DNA of 48,172 nucleotides from Octopus bimaculoides (taxonomy: Eukaryota): NCBI RefSeq assembly GCF_001194135.2, contig NC_068992.1, positions 26,462,440 to 26,510,611 of the forward strand, in the 5' to 3' direction. The number at the start of each line of letters is the position of its first letter. Within the stretch, counting starts at the first letter, position 1. Of the stretch, positions 1 to 11,412 are shown piece by piece. A model generated the notes under the pieces. That model was not told the origin of the DNA, did no database searches, and was given only the letters and a program-made list of their open reading frames with translations. The position numbers and the translations under genes were made by a program.

Positions 1-65
1 ATCATGTATGTATGTATATAAAATATCAGAGAAAGAAATATATATATATATATATAGTGAAGTAT

Positions 66-300
66 ATTTGCCACTTAAATGTGGCTGACCCCGAGGGGTG
101 GATGTTACTGTTGCTTTTAGCCCCAGGAGGACATCTCCTCCAGTTGCCTATCGACACAATTCTGTGTCCTGTCAGTATTTGCCAAGTTATCCTTCCCATC
201 TTGATCTACGATACGTACGTACTCGAGTTTCAGGGTTATTTCCCTTCTTCAGCGTACGACAATCGCCGACCTTCGATGCGAAAGGCATCCCTTGCCAAAT
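66..300 (-). mobile_element. Short hairpin-rich non-coding element hosting the hammerhead (retrozyme/Penelope terminal-repeat-like)
   Basis: GC-richer ~235-bp island between TA tracts; hairpins GCCAC/GTGGC (70-85), CCCC/GGGG (89-98), GGAGGA/TCCTCC (126-141), GACACA/TGTGTC (153-168) plus the hammerhead. Boundaries approximate. Confidence 0.55.
214..258 (-). ncRNA. Minimal type I hammerhead ribozyme motif with intact catalytic core
   Basis: Minus strand reads CGUACG-CUGAAGA-AGGG-AAAUAA-CCCU-GAAA-C-UCGA-G-U-A-CGUACG: helix I 6 bp (CGUACG/CGUACG), CUGANGA box, helix II 4 bp (AGGG/CCCU), GAAA box, helix III 2 bp closed by palindromic UCGA (ACUCGAGU), GUA cleavage triplet; predicted cut between 220 and 219. 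Confidence 0.85.
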
Positions 301-1699
301 ATATATAAGTTTTTCCAGTGAAATTATTCACTGATATCGAAAAACTGAAAACAAGCAATGTTAAATCTCTGAACGAGGTATTAACAGTAACTGCNNNNNN
401 NNNNNNNNNNNNNNNNNNNNNNNNNNNNNNNNNNNNNNNNNNNNNNNNNNNNNNNNNNNNNNNNNNNNNNNNNNNNNNNNNNNNNNNNNNNNNNNNNNNN
501 NNNNNNNNNNNNNNNNNNNNNNNNNNNNNNNNNNNNNNNNNNNNNNNNNNNNNNNNNNNNNNNNNNNNNNNNNNNNNNNNNNNNNNNNNNNNNNNNNNNN
601 NNNNNNNNNNNNNNNNNNNNNNNNNNNNNNNNNNNNNNNNNNNNNNNNNNNNNNNNNNNNNNNNNNNNNNNNNNNNNNNNNNNNNNNNNNNNNNNNNNNN
701 NNNNNNNNNNNNNNNNNNNNNNNNNNNNNNNNNNNNNNNNNNNNNNNNNNNNNNNNNNNNNNNNNNNNNNNNNNNNNNNNNNNNNNNNNNNNNNNNNNNN
801 NNNNNNNNNNNNNNNNNNNNNNNNNNNNNNNNNNNNNNNNNNNNNNNNNNNNNNNNNNNNNNNNNNNNNNNNNNNNNNNNNNNNNNNNNNNNNNNNNNNN
901 NNNNNNNNNNNNNNNNNNNNNNNNNNNNNNNNNNNNNNNNNNNNNNNNNNNNNNNNNNNNNNNNNNNNNNNNNNNNNNNNNNNNNNNNNNNNNNNNNNNN
1001 NNNNNNNNNNNNNNNNNNNNNNNNNNNNNNNNNNNNNNNNNNNNNNNNNNNNNNNNNNNNNNNNNNNNNNNNNNNNNNNNNNNNNNNNNNNNNNNNNNNN
1101 NNNNNNNNNNNNNNNNNNNNNNNNNNNNNNNNNNNNNNNNNNNNNNATATATTACAAAACATTTTATTTGCTCTCCATCTTGTATTGAGTATAATTTTTC
1201 GCATTGATGCGAACATAGTCAATGTGAAACAGAGAGTGGAAGAGAATGAAATTATTATGATTATGCCAATGATAGAGAGGAATTCGTGCTTCTATGAGTA
1301 GTTTCAAATTTTCTGACTGCCAAAACACCTCCTGAGTAAAATTAATAATCTCTTTCCCTATCGTTCTACTCCTAACTATTTTAGAGAAGCGGATATAATC
1401 GATTAAATCGAGCGAATTATATTAATTGTAATTATTTTAACAACTCCTGGTTGCTCTTCAAAACACGATTGCACTTATCTTTTTCTAACCATCTGAGTAT
1501 ACATTCCAACAGGATAAATTTATCTCTTTATCGTTCCTCATTGTTCCAAGGATAACAAATTTTCCCTAAAATGTATGTTTTGGAACATATGTTAAAATAT
1601 ATCAGGCTAATAGATCAGTAACTCATTGAACGTAGTACATATCCAACTGTAAACATATTTATCATAATCAACAATTAGATACCAGAAACAGTCTACATC

Positions 1700-1723
1700 A
1701 CACATATATATATACGTGCGTGT

Positions 1724-1760
<37 letters not shown>

Positions 1761-2058
1761 TGTGTGTGCATGTGTGTATGTATACACATACATACGTACG
1801 TACACACATTCATGCAAACATACATATACATATGTATGTATGTATATATATGTGTGCGTTTGTGTATGAGCGTGTGCTCGAGGGTGTGTGCATGTTCGTG
1901 CGTGTGTTCGTGTATTAGTGCGTGTGTGTGTGAGTGTGCGCGCGTGCGTGCATGCGCGAGTGCGCGTGAGTGTGTGTGCGCGGGGGCGGGCGGGCGTGTG
2001 CGCGGGCGGATGCGCGGGCGGGCAAGGGTGTGTGTGCGCACGTGCGTGCGTGTGTATA
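1700..2058. repeat. Compound (TA/TG/CG) alternating purine-pyrimidine microsatellite with G-rich core
   Basis: (TG)n, (TATG)n and CGCG/TGCG runs; seven G3+ runs at 1982-2028. Confidence 0.9.
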
Positions 2059-3119
2059 TAAAGTACAATAGTAAAGAATAGAAATTGGTGGTTCGTGCAA
2101 TTCTTGAGTACAAGAAGATGGGAAAATACAACCATAGTGTAAGTTGAATGTCTACTGAAATATATTTAGCTGCTTATTGCAGTCTTGGACACCACAGACA
2201 CTACAAATACATATAATAGATTGTCCACAGCAGGCTTAGTGAGTAGAATTTCATTTTAGAATGGAAAATAAGCACATTATGTACGGGTAAATAGAGGATG
2301 GCTGTTGCCTTATATCCAGTATTTAGGAGATATTTCAAATAGAATGATTGTCTCTTATCTTTTGCCTAGCTGTGATTATATAAAATAATAATTGATTGTT
2401 TGTATACTGATTATTTAAGACTAACTTTAAGTGAAAATGCCTTTTTTTTAATGTATTAAATTGTGAACATAATCGTATCCGGGTTAAGAGAAAATGAGTT
2501 TTGGTAATATACCAAATATCCGCAAAGAAGGTCAAAATAACGATAACGTTGAATTAGGCATAAACATCGAAACCTCTTTATTAGGCCATGACTAACTCTG
2601 CAAATAATTAGAAAAATAATTAAATGAACGACTAATGATTTATAGGTATGCGATATTTCGTTACGCGTCCATAGTATATATATTAAGTATTTTTATAAGT
2701 CAACACCACGTTCCACTGCGTTAGCAATGCTTTTTACATTATTTTGTTAGGGTTGTTTCTACTGGTATTCCATAGTAATTATGACCTGCACTGATTCATC
2801 CTACAGCGTTTCGTATCGGGACATCAAATGTAAACAGACTATGAGGTGGAAGACAAAAATGGGTAATAAGTGTATATGCCATGTTTCGGTGGTGTTTGCC
2901 CCTTCATTAGCATTTATCTAACTCATTCTCACCTCCGAGCACATTGCTTATATAGCCACCGCATATAGCAGTGTTATGTGATTGGATATACCAATTTAAA
3001 TATAAAACTCATTCCTGGAGCTGGTATGCAAAGACTGATGATTTGTCGGTACTTGGTATTTCGTTATACAAACATGAGATACTATATATTGTATTAAATG
3101 TTTTTATAATGGGAAGACT

Positions 3120-3501
3120 GTGAAGGCGCAATGGCCCAGTGGTTGGGGCAGCGGACTCGCGATCATAGGATCGCGGTTTCAATTCCCAGACCGGGTGTTG
3201 TGAGTGTTTATTGAGCGAAAACACCTAAAGCTCCACGAGGCTTCGGCAGGAGATGGTAGCGAACCCTGCTGTACTCTTTCACCACAACTTTCTCTCACTC
3301 TTTCTTCCCGTCTCTGTTGTACTTGTATTTCGAAGAGCCAGCTTTGTCACACTGTGTCACGCTGAATATCTCCGAGAACTACGTTAAGGGTACGCGTGTC
3401 TGTTGAGTGCTCAGCCACTTGCACGTTAATTTCACGAGCAGGCTGTTCCGTTGATCGGATCAACTGGAACCCTCGACGTCGTAAGCAACGGAGTGCCAAC
3501 A
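3120..3501 (+). mobile_element. Full-length tRNA-derived SINE with 12-bp TSD
   Basis: Head GTGAAGGCGCAATGGCCCAGTGG (Pol III A box) and GGTTTCAATTCCC (B box-like); TSD AATGGGAAGACT at 3108-3119 and 3502-3513; 3' half homologous to the SINE at 43598. Confidence 0.9.
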
Positions 3502-4932
3502 AATGGGAAGACTATGGTAAAGGATGATATACTTGCCCGATGTTAATCACAACTGCCATGTAAATTAAAAATTTAGTTTTAGTTACTGCACTTACTAGTC
3601 GCTAAATAAGGGTTTTTTTTAAATTTTTCGCAGCACTTTAATTATTCTATCATCTCGCGACAATCGAGATATCATAATAAAAGATAATGTGGAAAATGTG
3701 AGAGAATTCTAGCGAAAACATCGTGCGAAAGAAATGAAGTTCTCAAGAGATTTATGATACCTACTGTCTCGCTATTTACAAAAATAAATATACGCAAAAA
3801 TAAATTAAACAATATTATTCACATATTTTCCCACTCATTATCGAACATTAACTTAGATTTAACACAACTGGAAAGGAATTATGAATGATTTATGTAATAA
3901 ACAATACCTCTCGCTGCCAGTTTAGATGGCAGTGTGCACATATGTCGACGCTCATTGAAGGCGAGAAAAGAACCAACGACAATAAAATAGAGAAAATATA
4001 TTCCAAACAGACAGAATCGTAGCAATAGGTATCAAGATCAACCAATCAGCATCATCATCTATTTGAAAAAAAAACACCTACAACTTTCTGTTAAAGTGTA
4101 TTACATTTGGGGTTTCCAATTTGCTCGTTATTTCTCTTAATATATTTAATCTGTGCAATAACATTCTATTTCCGTATTTGTGTGATAAAAAGGTGTTTCA
4201 TTCATAGGAATGTATTTCTTTTCTAATACCACCCCTAAATGTATTTTACAGTGCAAATTATGCAAGTGCCAAAAATACCAAATTCGATTATGACAACCGT
4301 ACTTTTTTGTTCCTCAAGTATTATCAACACAATAGAAACTAAAAGCTACTGAAGCATCTTTCTCTACCGTAGTTTACATCGTTTAACACGGCTCTCTATT
4401 TTGTGTATCTGATTTTTTTACTTCCGAATAACTTGCTCTCCGTTCCATTTTTCTTCTATTGATTCTGTTTTGTTATTATATAAATGTTTGTTGGTACATC
4501 TAATTTCCTACGTATGAAAATTTCAGCTTAATTTTTTTCACAAATAATAAGTGTAAAATTCTTATTTTCCCTATAATTTCCACCATTTCCGAGATAACAT
4601 TATAATCCTTTCGTTCTCCTATTATCACACATTTTTGTTTTTCATCACTCAGTCAACATTAATTAATACAATACATTTAGATACACAAATCTTGCTATGA
4701 AAGGGAAAATATAGCACTCTGTTTCCTCATTTTTATTTCCCTTCGCTAGAGTGACACTACTGTATTACATCACCGTAAAATTGTAACTTTGTCCTTTTGA
4801 AAGCCGTTTCATTATATCTGTAGTCCAATTAGATCCCACGTTGCACTGCTATAAATACACGCATAACTATAAGTACACACACACACATACACCCACACAC
4901 ACGCACACATACACATACACCCACACACACAA

Positions 4933-4965
<33 letters not shown>

Positions 4966-5139
4966 CACACATGATAGAACAATCTAAATATGTTATTATT
5001 CTGTTTGCCAAATACATACATACATACATACATACATAGGCTATTGTCTTTGTTTTACTTACCAATCCAATGAATATTAACAGGCAATTTATGACGCGTA
5101 TAATTTATGGATATCACAATTTAGGTATCTCTATTGCTG

Positions 5140-5360
5140 TTAGTAAGGTTGTTTTATACGTTGTTGATGGTGGTGATGGCGATGATGATGGTGGTGGAGG
5201 TGGCGGTGCAAGTGGTGGTGATGATAGTGACGGTGACGCTTGAGGTGGCGGTTGCGGTTATGGTGGCATTGGTGAACCTGGTTGTGCTGGTGGTACTGGC
5301 GCTGTTGTTGTTGTTGTTGCTAGTGATGGTGGTAGTGGTGTTGTTGGTGGTAGTAGTGCT
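5140..5360. repeat. Degenerate (GGT/GAT/GTT)n trinucleotide low-complexity tract
   Basis: Mixed GGT, GAT, GTT triplets. Confidence 0.85.
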
Positions 5361-5952
5361 TGTGTTTACACTGTGTTCTTAAGAAGAGGTTTGATACATC
5401 AAACAAAAAATTCCAGTGGAAACGAAACGTTAAATTTTAGATGGAGCGATGTTATCTAATATTATCATAGGAATAATTTTACTGATGTCGGGTTTTGATT
5501 TCCTTCATGTTGTGGTTTTCTTAACTTTGTTGTTTGAATCGTGGTGTTGCTTGTTGTTTTCATACTAAACATTAATAACCTTGTTAATACACATATTGGG
5601 ATTATTATTGTCAATATGAATCATTGCTTTATATTCGTTTTATGTTATATTTCACCCCCCCCCCTTCTATCGCCTTCGCTCTTCCATCTCTCTCTCTTTT
5701 ACATTACTTCTCTCGCCGTCTCCATGTCAGCATTTCCTGCTCTATCAGAAGTTCAAAATAAAATTACATTCTGAAATTTATACAAAAATATTTGTATCGT
5801 TTCAATGCGGTTGCATCTTAAATATTCTTTAATCTTGTAATTTGGTACTTTAATTACGAAATATCGTTCTCAAAATGAAGCNNNNNNNNNNTATACATAT
5901 TTATTTCCCTCTCTGTTACTTCCTTCTCTTTCTCTTTCTCCCCATATTTCTC

Positions 5953-6000
<48 letters not shown>

Positions 6001-6830
6001 ATTACTTCTCTCGCCGTCTCCATGTCAGCATTTCCTGCTCTATCAGAAGTTCAAAATAAAATTACATTCTGAAATTTATACAAAAATATTTGTATCGTTT
6101 CAATGCGGTTGCATCTTAAATATTCTTTAATCTTGTAATTTGGTACTTTAATTACGAAATATCGTTCTCAAAATGAAGCAAACAATACATAAGGTACTTA
6201 ATTATAGAAAGGATGAGCAGAAGCATCACGGAACATGAATTAAATTAAATGTATTGAAGATGTAGTTTGTGTTCTACATTCAATTTTACACGTTGTTTGA
6301 TGTTAATATGCAAATTAATAGCTGTTTTAATTAATTTTCTCATTGAACTGTGTTAAAAAACATATCAAATAATGAATGTCACGCCCACCCTTAACCATCT
6401 GTAAAATTTAAGTACAAACATATATTCGATGGAATCTTCAAAAATATTCATTCCATAATTTTGCATGTAGGATGCAATCTGATGAGTTTACCATGAGACC
6501 AAACTTTAAATCGTTAAGGTATGTACTGAGTAGGAGTTCTAGTAGGGTAGTGTGTCAGACGTCATTTAGATGAAGAATGATCACATCAAGATAGAAGCGT
6601 GTCTCAGGTTAAATTCAGATGACTTTACCCATTTTACAACACCTTCATGAAAAGGTTTATTCATACAAAAGTTGACACATATCTAATAAGTATCATGAAC
6701 GAACCTCTCGACCCTTGAGTCACTCTGCGAATTCTGCTCATTGCGAATAAAGCATATATATCATCAAGTTTGGATTTCTCAAGTGGTGGTGGGAGGATAA
6801 ACGCAGTTACAAAGACGCACACATAAATGT

Positions 6831-6868
<38 letters not shown>

Positions 6869-7439
6869 NNNNNNNNNNNNNNNNNNNNNNNNNNNNNNNN
6901 NNNNNNNNNNNNNNNNNNNNNNNNNNNNNNNNNNNNNNNNNNNNNNNNNNNNNNNNNNNNNNNNNNNNNNNNNNNNNNNNNNNNNNNNNNNNNNNNNNNN
7001 NNNNNNNNNNNNNNNNNNNNNNNNNNNNNNNNNNNNNNNNNNNNNNNNNNNNNNNNNNNNNNNNNNNNNNNNNNNNNNNNNNNNNNNNNNNNNNNNNNNN
7101 NNNNNNNNNNNNNNNNNNNNNNNNNNNNNNNNNNNNNNNNNNNNNNNNNNNNNNNNNNNNNNNNNNNNNNNNNNNNNNNNNNNNNNNNNNNNNNNNNNNN
7201 NNNNNNNNNNNNNNNNNNNNNNNNNNNNNNNNNNNNNNNNNNNNNNNNNNNNNNNNNNNNNNNNNNNNNNNNNNNNNNNNNNNNNNNNNNNNNNNNNNNN
7301 NNNNNNNNNNNNNNNNNNNNNNNNNNNNNNNNNNNNNNNNNNNNNNNNNNNNNNNNNNNNNNNNNNNNNNNNNNNNNNNNNNNNNNNNNNNNNNNNNNNN
7401 NNNNNNNNNNNNNNNNNNNNNNNNNNNNNNNNNNNNNNA

Positions 7440-7653
7440 AATGCTTTTTAGTCGAAGAAATCGACCCCAGAACTGATTCTTTGTAAGCCTAGTACTTATT
7501 CTATTCTATCATCGCTTTTGCCGTACTGCTAGGTTACAGAGACGGAAACACACCAACATCGGTAGTCAAGCGAATTGGTGGGAGACACATTCACACACAC
7601 ACAAATATATATATATATATACATATACATATACATATCTATATCTATCTATC

Positions 7654-7694
<41 letters not shown>

Positions 7695-7790
7695 GGCGGG
7701 ATTCTTTCAGTTTCCTTCCACCAAATCCTCTCACTAGGCCCTGGTGGGCCCGAGGCAATAGTATAAGAGACCCGTCCAAGATGCCACGTA
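7440..7790 (-). mobile_element. Truncated SINE with internal (CA)/(TA) microsatellite (same family as 40836-41102)
   Basis: GTCGAAGAAATCGACCCC...AAACACACCAACATCGGT block shared with 40911-41050, then microsatellite, then TTCTTTCAGTTTCC...GGCCCGAGGCAATAG; begins at a gap edge. Confidence 0.7.
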
Positions 7791-8249
7791 TAAAAGTATT
7801 GTTTGTCACCAGTTCAACATGACTATTCCGTACGAACCAACACTGTAACTAGTTGTAACCTCAAGAGGAATCTTGTTGCTGGTTATCGATTGCATCAATC
7901 GTAGCAACATTAATTTTCAGTATAGCTACTACTTTCATCTCTTATAAATATCTTCTAACTAGCAATTTTTCTCGTTATATATATTTATGACCTGATATAT
8001 ATATTACATTTCATTTCCACTAGATATATGTGTTTCCACGCCTTTAGGCTTTATTCCTATTCACCTATTCACTTCTGCTAATTTCTTTATTTCTCCTCCT
8101 TCTCTTTCTAAACATTTCTTTTGACGTTGTATCTAATAACGTTTTTTTTTTCTTTCTAAATAACTAGCCAGCGTTTCCTTCATCATATACGCAGTCATAT
8201 GTTAACATTCTGTTAAAATCTTTTATTGATGTGTTTCGTTTCTCTTGTT

Positions 8250-8338
8250 TTTCTCTGATGAGAAGATCGCATTGTTTTACAGCATTTTATTCCTTCTGGA
8301 ATAATACCAAACATTTGCTTCGAAACATATATCGGAAG
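8250..8338 (+). ncRNA. Degenerate hammerhead-like motif with long helix II loop
   Basis: UUUCU-CUGAUGA-GAAG...(52 nt)...CUUC-GAAA-C-AUAU-A-U-C-GGAAG; both boxes intact, helix I 5 bp (two G.U), helix III has a C/A mismatch at 8331. Confidence 0.45.
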
Positions 8339-8540
8339 TATAAAGATTTGAATGACACATGCGTTTAAATCCATTTATTTATCTATCTATGTTCCAAAAA
8401 GCATTTCACTTAAATCTGGGATTCCTACCTGTATATGTAGGCTGTTACATCCTTGGTACTTCTGTGAATTTTTGTATTCCTGGTAACTATTTATTTGTTT
8501 TCTCCGTGTTATTTGTACACATGGAAAAAATACGCATACA

Positions 8541-8542
<2 letters not shown>

Positions 8543-8619
<77 letters not shown>

Positions 8620-8636
8620 GTGTGTGTGTGTGTGTA
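8543..8636. repeat. (TG)n microsatellite
   Basis: Near-perfect TG run of ~90 bp. Confidence 0.95.
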
Positions 8637-9182
8637 TGCACACGCAGAAAATTATCTTGATCTACATATTTCTGTGTGACATAACATTCAAACTGTATAC
8701 TTCATTTCTTCGGTAGTATAATATTTTCGACAGCAATTTTCTTCATGTATGAAAATGCTTTCCCAAATAAATTTGCACTTCATTTTAGAAGTTCCTGGAA
8801 AGCTATAAGCTGGTGCACACGCTCTCAGCTTTGAATGCACTGCAAATTATAGTACAAACAGGTGTAAGATGAAGTTGATTTTTCAATTCTTGTTTCTGCG
8901 TGATTTATTTAATTTCATATTATGCTCTGAACTCGACAAACGCTTTATTCTGAGAGTTAGGTATGCTGAATTCTAACACCTGTTTATTATTATTGCTATA
9001 TCACTATGACTGAGCGAAATCTTTACACACACACATACACACACACACGCATACACGCGCGCGCGCACGCACATACACACATACACACACACATTTATAA
9101 GCATCTCACTCTTTCCATATGTATATATAGAAGTGTGTGTGTGTGTACACATCTATTATAGGCAATACTACCAGCAAAATAT

Positions 9183-9322
9183 TCTTTTCTACTCTAAGCA
9201 CAAGGCCCGAAATTTTTGAGGAGGGGGCCAGTCGATTAAATCGACTCCAGTACGCAACCGGTACTTAATTTACCCACCTCGAACGGTGAAAGGCAAAGTC
9301 GACCTCAGCGGAACTTGAACTC
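9183..9322 (-). mobile_element. Partial SINE (family of 23191-23428)
   Basis: Reverse complement of the GAGTTCAAATTCCGCCGAGGTCGACTTTGCCTTT core (AAGGCAAAGTCGACCTCAGCGGAACTTGAACTC at 9289-9322). Confidence 0.8.
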
Positions 9323-11259
9323 ATATCGTTAAGACAGGCGAACGACCAGCATTAAATGAAAATAAACATGAACGTACCGTGCTTAATATAAATACTTGAT
9401 TGAAAAGCAACTTTATCCCGGTATCATCCAGTGACAAACTTCCGTATGGATCGGTGAGAGACGTACTTTGTCCCGTCAGTGAGTAATGAGAACAAAATAT
9501 ACATTTATATATTTCCCTTGCAATAGAAATTTTGATGTTCATTTAAGAACGAATGCGTAAACCGAAATCTGGTTTTCATTGAGTGTTAAAGAAGAAATGG
9601 AATAAATTCATGAAATGAATAAATTATTTCTCAAAGGCAATTCGCGTAATAAGGGGAAATACTGATTATTTGCTGCAAGCGAGATGACATATAGACACAT
9701 GTACCGTTTCTCGGTTATTAAATCTACAGTGCTAGAAAACGCCAGTCAGGTTGTAACATATTCATAATTGTTCAGTTTCTACAACAAAGATTATGCTTTC
9801 CTTTAAGCATGCAGTTTTATTCTCAATTTCTTAAAATCATCTCTTCTTTCATTTGAGATACTCTAACAACTATCGTTATATTTTTGCAGGACAACTGAGG
9901 TTGAAGAATGTACCATTCAGTAGATTGTATTATGAGGATGAAGTACGCATTATCCAAACTATGTTCATTGGCTTCTCAATCCATGAAAAGAAAGGTCAGA
10001 TTTTTGCCTGATTAGGTGAATAATTAACTTCTATATCTAAATTTTATTTTTTTATTTACTGCTATAAAATTTATTAATTATTATAAATGAATGACAATTT
10101 TTTTTTTAATCATTAGTCATGCTTGCATGTAATAATAATTTAGTGCCAATGCCAAAATATTTCGGCTGATGAAGGTCAAAATTGATCATTGAATTTCAGG
10201 AGCTACTGGCTTGTTTTATCAGAATAAAATTATTGTCTCATGTTAAAACCAAACACCTTCTACTGCTAAAATCTTACAAAGTACTATGCACAATGATTTC
10301 AGTTAATGCTAATATATTTACAGTATCAGTGCATTTCTGCTTTCAACAAGATTTCAATGCTGATTTCTCCCCTAACTACTGATGCAGTGATGATATCTAT
10401 GCAACTGATGGTGATTATTAATTTATTAATCTGAATTGCAATAGAAGTCTCGTCTCCTTCCGTTAATATTGTCAAATTTTAATCACAATATGCATTATAC
10501 TATGGCGCATAAAAGAAAAAAAAACAAAATGGGGAATTGTGCAATTTGTTAATAGGTAATGGCGTTGCGGGATGTTTATACGACTTTCTACATAAATGTT
10601 TTCAGATCTTCGTCACCGGCAACAATGAATGCTATGTAAAATTGTAGCGTTTGTAAAGAGAGAATCAGATTCTCGAATTAATATCAAGTTGTTGGCAATA
10701 TCATTGGTCGTTACATTTTTAGCATAAGTATTTGACAGGAGTGAGCATATGAATACTCCATAAGCATTGAGTATGTTTTAAAATTACTTACTTTATGTCG
10801 TTTTTTAGCCTTATGTCAGCATTTATCGTGGTATTCTATGAGAAAATGTACTCTGTTCGCGACTCCTCGTATTTATTGCTGTAAAAGTAACGATTGAATC
10901 TGATTTTACGATTTGGCTGCTAGTTCATGCAGATTGAACTAGGTCAAAGATGCTCTGTCTCTGGAAGGCATGCTCAATATATGCAATTTTCCTTTCTTCA
11001 GGTGGGATGTAGTGTCCATGGTCCTTTTCTAACTGTCCGAGTCAGTTGGTAGGGAAAGTAGAAGATATCGTTGAAGCTATAACCATGCTTAAACAACTGC
11101 AACAATGTAGGATCTGCTGAAGTACCCAAACCCTGGTAGGTGGGCTGAAGTCAGAAAAATTAGTAAGACAATCACAAGAAGGTCACTGCAGCATTCGAAC
11201 TCATTAGATAAAGAGCTGGAACACAAATCACGAAGCGAGACGTTCTACATATGAATGAT

Positions 11260-11412
11260 TGGAGAGTTCATTGCATTAGTCGGGTACATTATCTCTGATT
11301 TTTAACTCCGAAGGATGGAAACATAATTGACTCGGCGTGATTTGAAATCAGAACAGAAGGAGCCAAACTGTATACAACTCCTCGTTTCGATCCGTGTTCT
11401 AAGAACTCTGCC
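11260..11412 (-). mobile_element. Highly degenerate SINE copy (family of 23191-23428)
   Basis: CCGAAGGATGGAA...GACTCGGCGTGATTTGAAATCAGAAC...AACTCTGCCA matches the family in reverse orientation with many substitutions. Confidence 0.5.

Noticed and set aside
3120-3195. tRNA-like sequences at the heads of 3120, 23191 and 43598
   Set aside because: A/B boxes are present but they run into SINE bodies with TSDs and lack a full cloverleaf; not tRNA genes.
5688-6179. Exact ~190-bp direct duplication (5688-5881 / 5986-6179)
   Set aside because: Copies are identical and separated by a 10-N gap, the typical signature of an unmerged contig overlap or allelic haplotypes.
10166-10200. CTGATGA followed by a GGTC/GATC hairpin; similar lone CTGATGA at 6479
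   Set aside because: No GAAA box adjacent to helix II and no helix III or cleavage triplet.
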